A model generated the notes under the pieces. That model searched no databases. It worked only from the letters and a program-made list of their open reading frames with translations, and was not told the DNA's origin. Positions 38,656 through 47,490 of a DNA stretch of 48,045 nucleotides are shown in pieces. Origin of the DNA: a virus (Duplodnaviria; Caudoviricetes); the IMG/VR virus record IMGVR_UViG_3300020045_001019, positions 1 to 48,045 of that record, one strand, 5' to 3'. Each line of letters starts with the position of its first letter. The first letter of the stretch is position 1. Made by a program: the position numbers and the translations under genes.

Positions 38656-39381
38656 AAATTGTCTGAAAACTTCTACATATTTATCCAGTGTTGTACCTGA
38701 GAGCCCAGGAGCCGTGTTGCACTCCAGCACATAATACATATCTTTAGCTTCGTTGTATATAATATCCACTGCACCAAAGTCAAGACCTAGAAGTTTAACA
38801 GATGTGATAGCTGCTTCTTTAGCTTCTTCTTTGACATCCACATTTTGATTAGCAAAGATGAAGCCGTTCTTGTGATTTCGGATTTTCCAATTAACATTTT
38901 CTACCTCTTTATTTCTGGCTTTACGTTGAATGAAGAACACTTTGTCACGAAATACGTGTAGACGATATTCCTCTTTCTTAGGAATGTATTTTACATAAAG
39001 AGGAGCTTTCTTAATTTCATCTCCTTTATTATATAAAATAATCCCCTGCCCACTATGTCCATTAAGAACAGTACGGGCTACAATGGTAAAACCCTCAGCA
39101 AGCCACTTATTAGCCTCTACAAGCTCCTCTGTCCACTCAGGTATACTAGTGTGGCCTTGTAGTGTCTTAAACGATTCTAGCTTGTTTGAAGCCTTCTTAA
39201 CAGAGTCTGGTTTATTTAGTATATTGTCAGTAATAATCTCTCTGTTAAACGTAGAGGCTCCCCAATTCAGGACACAATCTGGTTTGATACGCTTACCATA
39301 GTGCTTGATACGCTTAATGTTAAGAGCTTTGGATATAAGCTTAGCACTCTCAGATGCTAAATTGTATGGATAGAGTTTCAT
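38650..39381 (-). CDS. ATP-grasp (RimK-like) ligase
   Basis: GHSGQGI, EEYRLHV, LGLDFGAVDII...VLECNTAPG. Confidence 0.88.
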   Translation of the reverse strand: MKLYPYNLASESAKLISKALNIKRIKHYGKRIKPDCVLNWGASTFNREIITDNILNKPDSVKKASNKLESFKTLQGHTSIPEWTEELVEANKWLAEGFTIVARTVLNGHSGQGIILYNKGDEIKKAPLYVKYIPKKEEYRLHVFRDKVFFIQRKARNKEVENVNWKIRNHKNGFIFANQNVDVKEEAKEAAITSVKLLGLDFGAVDIIYNEAKDMYYVLECNTAPGLSGTTLDKYVEVFRQFV

Positions 39382-39401
39382 ATGGTTACATTCATACCAA
39401 G

Positions 39402-40247
39402 TTAAAATGCTAAAGGCACAATATTAAGAAGGGCCTCTTTGACAGAGTAAGCATGAGGAAGTTCCAAAGAAATACTAAAATTCTTACGAACATCTTGCAC
39501 CATTCCTTCGTATGCAAAGTCTTCATACACATCGTCTAACACCATACGAACGAAACCCTCTGGTGTATTGCTTACAAACAGGTCATGAATTTCATGTACA
39601 TTGGTATGTTCCATAGCAAATGTGCGAAGATTACCAAGAGCACAAATCCATGTTGTGAGCACATCAATATCAAGAGTCCCCCTCATACTCCTAATCTCAA
39701 GACTCCCATATTTAGGGATGCTTGAAATATTTAAAGCAGCGTATCTTACATCGTGTGCATGGAAATTCTTAGCTGATACTACACCAAGCCTGAACATATG
39801 ATGGAGATAGTCTAGTGCACCTTCTCCATCACATACGCTTAGACAGAATCGGTTGGCCTTGCGAGAAGGCCCACAGAACTTAAGAAGCACCTCTTCGATA
39901 AGGATATAAGTATATATAAAGTTAAGAACTTGATCCTCTGTAAGTTCTTGTACATTAACGTGTACATGAGCACTAGTACGATAAGAGAAGGAAAGGGATG
40001 CTTTATTTTTTTTCTGAGATAGAGCAAGGCTATTTAATGCTTTTACAGTATTTACAAAAGACAATGGTTTATTGAAAACCCACTCAGCCCTGCTGTGAGG
40101 AAACTCACCACGAAGAGAGCCATCATCTACTGTCTTCCAAAACACTGTATCCATCTCTTTGAGATTCTGACCTTCGCATTCAATCTCTACACCAAATGTT
40201 CCAGATTCCTTGGTTAGATTAGGAAATATTTCAATAAGCTTTTTCAT
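39402..40247 (-). CDS. Phage amidoligase
   Basis: FGVEIECE, DDGSLR, TSAHVHVN, RYAALN and GSLEIR motifs. Confidence 0.85.
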   Translation of the reverse strand: MKKLIEIFPNLTKESGTFGVEIECEGQNLKEMDTVFWKTVDDGSLRGEFPHSRAEWVFNKPLSFVNTVKALNSLALSQKKNKASLSFSYRTSAHVHVNVQELTEDQVLNFIYTYILIEEVLLKFCGPSRKANRFCLSVCDGEGALDYLHHMFRLGVVSAKNFHAHDVRYAALNISSIPKYGSLEIRSMRGTLDIDVLTTWICALGNLRTFAMEHTNVHEIHDLFVSNTPEGFVRMVLDDVYEDFAYEGMVQDVRKNFSISLELPHAYSVKEALLNIVPLAF

Positions 40248-40269
40248 ATTAACTCCTTATGGTTGTTTG

Positions 40270-40752
40270 TTATAACTCACCCGTTTCAAAGGATTTTTCC
40301 GAGCTTTTAAGCACAAGTGCTTTGATAATGTGGGCAATATTTGCGTCATATGCATCCTGTGTCAGCGGCACATACTCATCCGAATCATCCCCCAGCATGT
40401 CAGCGTTCATCCCGGCTTCGTATGCCTCGCGTGCAATTTGCTTGCTGCCCTTGCCTGCCTGCGGCAACTCTGAGTACCAGCTTTCAAACTTTGAGTCGCC
40501 AACGCGTTTGCGCTCAGCTCGTTCTCCTGTTGGCTCATGCTTGTCCCAATCAAACACCACTCCAAGCGCGGCGTTTAGTTGATCCTTTCGTTCTGGATCA
40601 GGTTCTGCCAGTGCTGAACTCAGAGCCACCACAGCATCAGCGTGCTCTTTCCACCCTGTTCGACGGTAGTCATCATCCCCATCTCTAGCGTCTGGGACTG
40701 ATTTTGACAGCGCATCCAGCCCAAGCTGTACGGCTTCACGTAATTTGCTCAT
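40270..40752 (-). CDS. Hypothetical protein, GC-rich insert
   Basis: SD AAGGAG; visibly GC-richer than the flanking genes. Confidence 0.65.
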   Translation of the reverse strand: MSKLREAVQLGLDALSKSVPDARDGDDDYRRTGWKEHADAVVALSSALAEPDPERKDQLNAALGVVFDWDKHEPTGERAERKRVGDSKFESWYSELPQAGKGSKQIAREAYEAGMNADMLGDDSDEYVPLTQDAYDANIAHIIKALVLKSSEKSFETGEL

Positions 40753-40785
40753 TTCATAAGCTCCTTTATTGTGGTGTGCATGGTT

Positions 40786-41409
40786 TCATTTACTTTGACT
40801 GAATGTTTTGATGGTTTTTTCATAAGATTGTAAGAGTGGTAGTTCTAAATAAGAATACTCAGGATAAAGGATGATAGCATCAACTGTGTTACATTTCTCG
40901 GGTATCTTACCTACTAGTTTATTTTTATACCAAATCCTATTATGGAAGTCAACAGCAAACTGCTTATCAAAAGCATACACCCCTCTCTTTTTAATAGCTT
41001 GTTCTAAAGCTTTTTCAAATTTCGGGTAGATATTACGCATAGCTTTTGCTATCGTCTTATGTTCCATCTTATTAAGTTGATATTGAAAATTGAGACAATC
41101 ACCATCAACTACACAAGGACAGGCTTTAATGCTTGTATTACTCCTGTTAACTCCTACAGCATATTGGCGAAGAGGCTTACGTGAGAAGTAGAAAGCATGA
41201 TTTCCGTGGTTGACATATCCAATACGCCCAACAGGAGCACCAAAATCAGACAACCTAAAAGGAACAGTTACTTCGTGTGCATTCTCCAAGTAATAAACAG
41301 TTACTTGTTTATTGTGATTACACTCTTTAGCTTTAACAGGGTCTCCTTTATATGTACAAAGAGAATCAACAAAAAGAGTACGAATATCTTCTACTGAAAT
41401 CTCATCCAT
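40786..41409 (-). CDS. Hypothetical protein of the ligase cluster
   Basis: ATG at 41409 after GGAGG; GYVNHGNHAFYFSRKPLRQY motif. Confidence 0.7.
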   Translation of the reverse strand: MDEISVEDIRTLFVDSLCTYKGDPVKAKECNHNKQVTVYYLENAHEVTVPFRLSDFGAPVGRIGYVNHGNHAFYFSRKPLRQYAVGVNRSNTSIKACPCVVDGDCLNFQYQLNKMEHKTIAKAMRNIYPKFEKALEQAIKKRGVYAFDKQFAVDFHNRIWYKNKLVGKIPEKCNTVDAIILYPEYSYLELPLLQSYEKTIKTFSQSK

Positions 41410-42193
41410 AGCAAACCTCCAACCCTTCAGCTTGAATAATTTTCCTTGCCTCTGTCTTATCACTGTTGTTAATGATGTCTTGAATATCTCCATATTTCTG
41501 TGAAAGATTAACACCATTAGACAAATCAGTCATACCTTTAACCGCACTACGGTAAACCCATCGGATTAAGTTCTCACTCTTAAGCCAAGCGTTAGATAGT
41601 GTACGGTATTCAACACCATAAGTCTTAGGGCGGAAGCAGCCAGCCTTGCCATACATTTCTCGACGAAGCTTATCATCATCATACTCCAAGCTAGGAAGCC
41701 CCAAATAGAAATCCATTTGTTTAACAGCTTCTTTAGCCATCCCTTGGTGTACAGGATCATCAATATCCTTATTATTGGTCCACCCAATATGAATATGACC
41801 AGCAGCAGTACGCATAGGACGTTCTCCGTCTGGTTTATTGTTCACTTCATTAAACCATGCATTAAAATCAGGGTCGCACCCAAGTTCTTTAGCTGCTTCT
41901 GGCTGAGCACGAATATACTCAAGTGTGAAATGAGCTACAGGAGTAGCCACCACTTCAAACTCAGGAACCATAAGGCACAATTGTGTGTATACGTCCTGTA
42001 CAGTGAAAGCAAACTCATCTTCGTTACTTGCTGGATCAATGTTAAATTCCAGCGCCATACCATCCACTTGAACAGCACCACTACGAATCTTTTGAGGATT
42101 CTTCTTATCCCCTTGAATCAATCCATGTGCTGAGTGGAACACACCGTTCTTTTTGACAAAAATTTCAGGGTCACATCCAATAAGAAAATTCAT
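41402..42193 (-). CDS. phiEco32-like COOH-NH2 ligase
   Basis: IGCDPEIF, DGMALEFN, GCDPDFNAW, AGHIHIG, RREMYGKAG and GVEYRTLSN motifs. Confidence 0.88.
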   Translation of the reverse strand: MNFLIGCDPEIFVKKNGVFHSAHGLIQGDKKNPQKIRSGAVQVDGMALEFNIDPASNEDEFAFTVQDVYTQLCLMVPEFEVVATPVAHFTLEYIRAQPEAAKELGCDPDFNAWFNEVNNKPDGERPMRTAAGHIHIGWTNNKDIDDPVHQGMAKEAVKQMDFYLGLPSLEYDDDKLRREMYGKAGCFRPKTYGVEYRTLSNAWLKSENLIRWVYRSAVKGMTDLSNGVNLSQKYGDIQDIINNSDKTEARKIIQAEGLEVCYG

Positions 42194-42213
42194 GTTAATA
42201 CTCCTTGGTTAAA

Positions 42214-43512
42214 TTAAATAGCTTTCTCGACAAACCTAGTCAATGATACTGTGTGTTTCACATCCTTAATATCCATACAACAGTCACAAAATGTCTGACC
42301 GGAGCTACTCATAGCGTGTTTGTCAGTAGGGAGAATCACTTGCCCGCACCATGAACACTCTCCGTGTTTAGATGTCCAGTCGTTAAATGACAACATCCTA
42401 CCACGAAACCCTTCATATAAAGTTTCCTCTTCTTCTTCAGGGACATCAACAAATCTAACAGAAGATGCTGATACTTTATAATAGGTTGCATCACTCCCTC
42501 TTTCAATCTTACCACCAATGTCAGCAACAATCTCCCGGCCAATAGCCTCCATCGGATTAATTGATCGTCCATAGTACCAACGGATTGTAGCATGTTCAGC
42601 TAAAGGGTCTAGACAAGAAAGGTAAGAACTCCCATAGTCATCCCTATCAACCAGCGACAAGACCTCCAGCACGACATCAAGAGATGAGGCGTAGCAGTCT
42701 TTTAGAGAGACTGGTGGTGAGGGAACCACCCCCTGTTTTTTTACCTCAGAGACAGGTATAGGTGGTTTATGATAGCTACCCACTACTTGTGCAGGTTTGT
42801 GTACATATGGAACGTATGTTGATGGCATTGGGTTAGCTTTAATATCAGAAATCACACCCTCTTCATTAATAGCTACACACAGGTGTACATCTTCTCCTAG
42901 TTGAAATGGTTCCTTATATTCTACGCCATTACGACGAAGTACCCCCTCCAACATCCACAGCTCTGATGCCCAGAACAAAGTATCGTTACTCTTAGTGAAA
43001 GCAATCCATAAAGGACGTTCCTTATTACGAAGGAAGTTAAGAGTTTCTTCTCCTTTATCCCACCACACTAAAGCCCATGCACCACCCATATGGTTCATTA
43101 GATGGGGTAGTCCATGTACCTCCATGTGATTGTACAATGCTTCGGAATCAACCTTAAAACTATTCCCATTTTCAAGGCTCCACTTTGTTGTGAGTGTACC
43201 ATTATGTACCCCTACAAGAGAGTCAAAGTCAAAGGGGTGAGCAGTACGCTTACTGATACCCCCTGATGTACCAAAGCGATTATGCCCGATAATAGCTCGT
43301 TGAAAACCAAGAAAAGCCTTATCAGTAGCTGGAATATCCAGGAGTTGATATGGGTCACCAACCTGTTTAGTAATTTTGACATCACCTTTCCTAGGTATAA
43401 CAGCAATACCTGTACTGTCAGTCCCTCGTAGAGAGTCAACAATAAGAAGTTCTTTAGAGATACGTTCTTCTTTTGCGGTAAGTTTACCAGCACATCCAAT
43501 AAGTCCACAAAT
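42214..43512 (-). CDS. Class II (Ntn) glutamine amidotransferase, ATT start, 432 aa
   Basis: Frame extends 125 codons above the track start: (ATT)CGLIG...RGTDSTG...GHNRFGT...HPF...HNGT...DSE. SD GAGGAG 7 nt upstream; C-terminal CSWC...CDCC. Confidence 0.88.
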   Translation of the reverse strand: MCGLIGCAGKLTAKEERISKELLIVDSLRGTDSTGIAVIPRKGDVKITKQVGDPYQLLDIPATDKAFLGFQRAIIGHNRFGTSGGISKRTAHPFDFDSLVGVHNGTLTTKWSLENGNSFKVDSEALYNHMEVHGLPHLMNHMGGAWALVWWDKGEETLNFLRNKERPLWIAFTKSNDTLFWASELWMLEGVLRRNGVEYKEPFQLGEDVHLCVAINEEGVISDIKANPMPSTYVPYVHKPAQVVGSYHKPPIPVSEVKKQGVVPSPPVSLKDCYASSLDVVLEVLSLVDRDDYGSSYLSCLDPLAEHATIRWYYGRSINPMEAIGREIVADIGGKIERGSDATYYKVSASSVRFVDVPEEEEETLYEGFRGRMLSFNDWTSKHGECSWCGQVILPTDKHAMSSSGQTFCDCCMDIKDVKHTVSLTRFVEKAI

Positions 43513-43523
43513 AATATATCTCC

Positions 43524-43997
43524 TCAGCAGTTACCAAGAAATCTACTTGTTATCCTGCAATATTTACCAATTAAAATATCACTAACCCTACGCGAGTCAA
43601 TTCCCACAAGGATTGCAATCTCTTTATTTGAAAGCTTATTTGTAGATTTTAATTCTATAACTCTGTGAATCTTATCAAGAGTTATAATCTTAAATGTTCT
43701 ACCTCTTTCATCTCTATCTCTAGCGTTATCGGCTGGTGTACCTTTCAATAGGTGTAAAGGATTGATACATTTTATATTGTCACAAGTGTGTCTAACAACA
43801 CATCCTGAAATATCTTCTTTATTATAAAGCTCAAAAACTAACCTATGTACTTTAACGTTACCACCCATTCGGGGATATCCATCTGTATTAAAGCACCTAA
43901 TCCATTCCATACATTCAACATTAAGTGATGTATTAGAAAGTAAATCTTTGAGCTTATCTTCTTGTGTCAGTGATGTGTTTTGAATGATTTGTTTCAT
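43524..43997 (-). CDS. HNH homing endonuclease
   Basis: ECMEW...KVHRLVF...VRHTCDNIKCINPLHL...NARD, plus a C-terminal HTH-like tail. Confidence 0.88.
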   Translation of the reverse strand: MKQIIQNTSLTQEDKLKDLLSNTSLNVECMEWIRCFNTDGYPRMGGNVKVHRLVFELYNKEDISGCVVRHTCDNIKCINPLHLLKGTPADNARDRDERGRTFKIITLDKIHRVIELKSTNKLSNKEIAILVGIDSRRVSDILIGKYCRITSRFLGNC

Positions 43998-44028
43998 GTT
44001 TATATGTGTGGTTGGTTGTGTCACACAT

Positions 44029-44058
44029 ACTATACCTATGAAACTTTACTATCTCGAC
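44029..44058 (-). promoter_or_regulatory. Putative late promoter GTCGAG-N18-TATAGT
   Basis: Exact motif upstream of the HNH gene. Confidence 0.7.
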
Positions 44059-44183
44059 ATGTAATTTAACTCCATCCTGGCCACATACACATTCTCCAAT
44101 AGGGTTAGAAGGCCATTAGAAAGGCCTACAGTCGTTTATTTATTTAAGTTGATACCAGCATAACCTAAATCATTTTAATTGGT

Positions 44184-44801
44184 TTAAACCCCTAAATACT
44201 TAGTTAGTAATTCACCAAAATAAACTTTAAGTTCTTTATAGCTAATTCCATAGAACTCAGGATGTGGTTGGAAGCAAAGAGAACGAGTGTGTGCATAATA
44301 CACAGCTTCTACATCTTCTTCTGAAGTTTCTCGTACAAACTTACGTCCATCCCAATATTCACGATAACCAGAAAGACCTGCAATAGCAACTATCGTAGCA
44401 TCATCAGAAGGACTCATCATCTGGTGATGAGTAGATGTGGCCCAAATCATCTCCCCTGTATCAATATCCATAATGGAATGGGATTGACAGTGATTAGATA
44501 CATCTTGGTACATAGTACCACCAGAGAGTACATTAAGTAGCTGTCCGCCTCTACAGATTCCACACATAGGAATTGTGATAGCTAATGCCTCCCGGAAAAT
44601 AGCTGACTCTTTTTCATCACGTTGAATATTACTGAATGTCGTAGCATGTTTACTATGACCGTAATAGGAAGGAGAGACATCACTACCACCTGTAAAGCAA
44701 ATGAAGTCTGCTGTATGCCAAGTGTCTGCAATGGCATATCCAAGGTCTAGAAACAGCTTGTCATAATTAGGATCACTGTTAATAATAGCTACTCGTTTCA
44801 T
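44184..44801 (-). CDS. Class I glutamine amidotransferase-like (peptidase C26) protein
   Basis: FTGGSDV, GICRGGQLLN, STHHQ and FQPHPE (Cys-His-Glu triad). Confidence 0.9.
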   Translation of the reverse strand: MKRVAIINSDPNYDKLFLDLGYAIADTWHTADFICFTGGSDVSPSYYGHSKHATTFSNIQRDEKESAIFREALAITIPMCGICRGGQLLNVLSGGTMYQDVSNHCQSHSIMDIDTGEMIWATSTHHQMMSPSDDATIVAIAGLSGYREYWDGRKFVRETSEEDVEAVYYAHTRSLCFQPHPEFYGISYKELKVYFGELLTKYLGV

Positions 44802-44953
44802 TTTAGTTCCTCACGTTCTTGCTTGGTTGTAGGCTTGCCTTGTTGATGCTTACGTCCTGGCCCTTTCTTCGTGCTGTTAGCCCAAGGGCGTTTAGGAATA
44901 GCTGCACGAAACAAAGCATACACTTCAAACAAATTGCTGATATACGGAGTCAT
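44798..44953 (-). CDS. Small basic protein (51 aa, not in track)
   Basis: SD AAGGA; MTPYISNLFEVYALFRAAIPKRPWANSTKKGPGRKHQQGKPTTKQEREELK; ATGA overlap with the next gene. Confidence 0.6.
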   Translation of the reverse strand: MTPYISNLFEVYALFRAAIPKRPWANSTKKGPGRKHQQGKPTTKQEREELK

Positions 44954-44962
44954 AATATTTCC

Positions 44963-46141
44963 TTAATTAACTAATGAACAAATCTTAGCACATACTTTCA
45001 CAAGTGACTTATCACCCTTCATCTTATACGTGACAAAACCCCAACCCTCTTCACACTCTTCTATTCCTTTAATCTTTTTGATAAAGGATTTTACATCTGT
45101 TTTACCATAAATATCAAGAGAGGAAACAGTACTCAGCACTGATTTAAAATTGTTTGGGTTAGTTCGATAAGGTGTACCTTTTTCATCCTTGATTCCTTCT
45201 TTAAAGAATTTAAAAAGTTCTTCTGATTTCTGAGAACTTGCAAGGAAATGATGAGAGCCTGGGAAATTGTTGAACAACAACCCGTCCTTTTCATCAAAGA
45301 ACGTGGAAACAAACATAGCTGTGTTTCCATCAAACCCGATATCCATAATCTTACTAAATAAAGCCCGTTTCTTAAGAAACTCTGTGAAATGACGGGTAGC
45401 GATAGCAGCAGTAAATACTTCAGAGGGTGTCTTATCTACATTAATAAGAACACCATCTTTAACCATATCATCTACAGGACGACTAATAAAACACTCTTTC
45501 AAAGGACTGTCGTTAACAATGTAATTAAGAAATACTTTATAATCTTCTTTCGTTTGGTCATCATATCCTTTGTAATGACCAGAAAAATTAAGAGCTACGT
45601 GTGTAACTTCTTTAACATCACAAGTAATACGAGCATGACAAATATCTCGTATATTCCAAATCTTTTTTCCTTCTTTTGTTATGATAGCATAAGAACACAC
45701 ACCTGGGTCATCACCCACTTTTGCAGCAAGCTCCTTAAGAAGTTCATTACCAACGTCTTCAACAATAGGCTCGCCTTCATAAGCTACAAACGAGAGAAGT
45801 GGGAGTGTGTTACTAATACCTTTAAGCTTAACTCTACCATCTACTATAGATTGGATAAGGTAAATATTTCCTTGGGTAACTGATTTGAATTTATCAGAGG
45901 TACATATAACGTAGTCCCCCTTAACTAATCCCTCAGGTTCTTGATTTACAATTTTGAGACGCCAAGTGTAAAATAAAAGAACTCTCCCGCCTTCATCTAG
46001 TACAGATACACGATCATGATAAAGACCATTGACAGTAAAAATCTTTCCTATATTACTGTTAAACTTTCTATTTTCTTCTCCATTAGGTAAGAGCTTTCTC
46101 ATATGAACAACATCACCAACTTTAAAAACAACTTCTTCCAT
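44963..46141 (-). CDS. Early hypothetical protein with N-terminal SH3/KOW-like repeats
   Basis: ATG at 46141 after AGGAG; FKVGDVV and LVKGDYVIC beta-barrel-like starts. Confidence 0.65.
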   Translation of the reverse strand: MEEVVFKVGDVVHMRKLLPNGEENRKFNSNIGKIFTVNGLYHDRVSVLDEGGRVLLFYTWRLKIVNQEPEGLVKGDYVICTSDKFKSVTQGNIYLIQSIVDGRVKLKGISNTLPLLSFVAYEGEPIVEDVGNELLKELAAKVGDDPGVCSYAIITKEGKKIWNIRDICHARITCDVKEVTHVALNFSGHYKGYDDQTKEDYKVFLNYIVNDSPLKECFISRPVDDMVKDGVLINVDKTPSEVFTAAIATRHFTEFLKKRALFSKIMDIGFDGNTAMFVSTFFDEKDGLLFNNFPGSHHFLASSQKSEELFKFFKEGIKDEKGTPYRTNPNNFKSVLSTVSSLDIYGKTDVKSFIKKIKGIEECEEGWGFVTYKMKGDKSLVKVCAKICSLVN

Positions 46142-46204
46142 GTAAATTCTCCTAAAACAGTCGAGAAACAGCAAAATTTGGGGTAGTACACGTACCCCCG
46201 TTAC

Positions 46205-46270
46205 TAGTGTGTATATTACTCTAGTGAACGAAGTGAACGGATGAGTGAAACGAATGAGTAATAAATACTA
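46205..46270 (+). repeat. Hairpin element copy B
   Basis: TATTACTC...GAGTAATA stem enclosing AGTGAACGAAGTGAAC and GAGTGAAACGA; related to 7098-7150. Confidence 0.7.
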
Positions 46271-46483
46271 TAACCCTTTATAACTAAATTTACTCCAGTA
46301 GTTATGTCCCTGAGGTGTGTCATACCAAACGAAAGCAAGTCTAAGTGTTGACTCATTAACTTGGAACCTAGTGTTAAGGTTATTTGCTAGTTTATCTAGC
46401 TCTAAGAGAATCAGATCATCATCAGATTTCTTTTCTATCTCCTTATAAACAACACTATTTCTTATTTCTTGTAAAGTTGCCAT
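46268..46483 (-). CDS. Early hypothetical protein
   Basis: ATG after GGAG; C-terminal AFVWYDTPQGHNYW motif. Confidence 0.7.
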   Translation of the reverse strand: MATLQEIRNSVVYKEIEKKSDDDLILLELDKLANNLNTRFQVNESTLRLAFVWYDTPQGHNYWSKFSYKGL

Positions 46484-46495
46484 AGTAATCTCCAA

Positions 46496-46642
46496 TCAAG
46501 CCAGAGCGTTCATCAACCCACAGCTATCATAACATTTCATCCTAGCCGAGGTGAATAAAGCGTTTGACAATCCAAACTTCCCTTGATTAAACCAAGCATC
46601 GCGTATAAGAGTATCCAAGATTGTGACATGGTAATGATGCAT
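46496..46642 (-). CDS. Small early ORF (48 aa, not in track)
   Basis: SD GGAG; MHHYHVTILDTLIRDAWFNQGKFGLSNALFTSARMKCYDSCGLMNALA. Confidence 0.45.
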   Translation of the reverse strand: MHHYHVTILDTLIRDAWFNQGKFGLSNALFTSARMKCYDSCGLMNALA

Positions 46643-46664
46643 TACATTCTCCAAATTTAGAACG

Positions 46665-46708
46665 AACAAAAGCCCTACAGTGTAAAAGCTGTAGGGCTAT
46701 TTTTATTT
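46665..46708. terminator. Intergenic hairpin (terminator or processing site)
   Basis: Perfect 10-bp stem AGCCCTACAG/CTGTAGGGCT with T-rich runs on both strands. Confidence 0.65.
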
Positions 46709-46721
46709 ATAGGGCTATGTT

Positions 46722-46925
46722 TTAGATAGCACCAATATTACGTAAGAGTTTAACAGTCTTAGGCGATACGTTGTAATTAAATTCACGTTCTTTTACAGTG
46801 CCTGCTCCTTTGAAAATCAAGTCAACAATTTTCAATTCAAATTCACCAGCTTTACTAACTGTCTTATCAGACACTGCCTTAATAAAGGCTTCGGCCATTG
46901 TAGTGTAACGGTTAAATGTTTTCAT
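46722..46925 (-). CDS. Early hypothetical protein
   Basis: ATG at 46925 after AGGA: MKTFNRYTTMAEAF... Confidence 0.6.
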   Translation of the reverse strand: MKTFNRYTTMAEAFIKAVSDKTVSKAGEFELKIVDLIFKGAGTVKEREFNYNVSPKTVKLLRNIGAI

Positions 46926-46929
46926 AATA

Positions 46930-47490
46930 TTATTCCTGCTCAGTTGTTGTAAATTCCAAACCCATATGCTCAAAGGCAACCATTACCGCGTCAGGTTCAA
47001 TACCTGCACTGAATACAGCTTCCAAGATCGACGCTTGGCTAACCTTATCTTTTGCAGCTTTTGCAAGCCACTTGCTAACATCATCTTTGATACGGTCAGT
47101 AAGTGAACGCTCAGGTTTCTTTTCTACGTTCAAATGACGTTCACTCCAACTCCAAAGGTTATTCATTGGATTTTCAAGGAAAGCAATGGCTAATACATGC
47201 TTAGCATCATAGGTTTTCTTATGTTTTTTGGTAAAACGCTTTTCAGCTTCATCAAACATGAATCCACCAAAGGATTTAAAGAATTCCACCATGGCACGAT
47301 GATTGATAGGTGACAGTGTGGGAAGCAAACGATTGATATATTGAACATCCTCGGTGGCGTGATGAGCTTCTAACACACTACGGGATAATCCACGTAGCAT
47401 ATCCTTCGTGATTTTTTCACTGCCTGCCAGTGTTTCCAATGCCGTGGCAAAGGTAATAGCAAATTGTTCTTTGTTAAAATTTACATTCAT
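46930..47490 (-). CDS. First early hypothetical protein
   Basis: 186 aa, SD GGAG; first ORF after the long non-coding end. Confidence 0.75.
   Translation of the reverse strand: MNVNFNKEQFAITFATALETLAGSEKITKDMLRGLSRSVLEAHHATEDVQYINRLLPTLSPINHRAMVEFFKSFGGFMFDEAEKRFTKKHKKTYDAKHVLAIAFLENPMNNLWSWSERHLNVEKKPERSLTDRIKDDVSKWLAKAAKDKVSQASILEAVFSAGIEPDAVMVAFEHMGLEFTTTEQE

Noticed and set aside
42201-42230. GTCGAG upstream of the COOH-NH2 ligase as another late promoter
   Set aside because: No TATA-like box at the 18-nt spacing (CAAGGA is found instead).
43513-44060. Group I intron joining an upstream ATG to the amidotransferase
   Set aside because: No P/Q/R/S core elements and no room for a ribozyme around the HNH ORF; a strong SD sits directly before the ATT.
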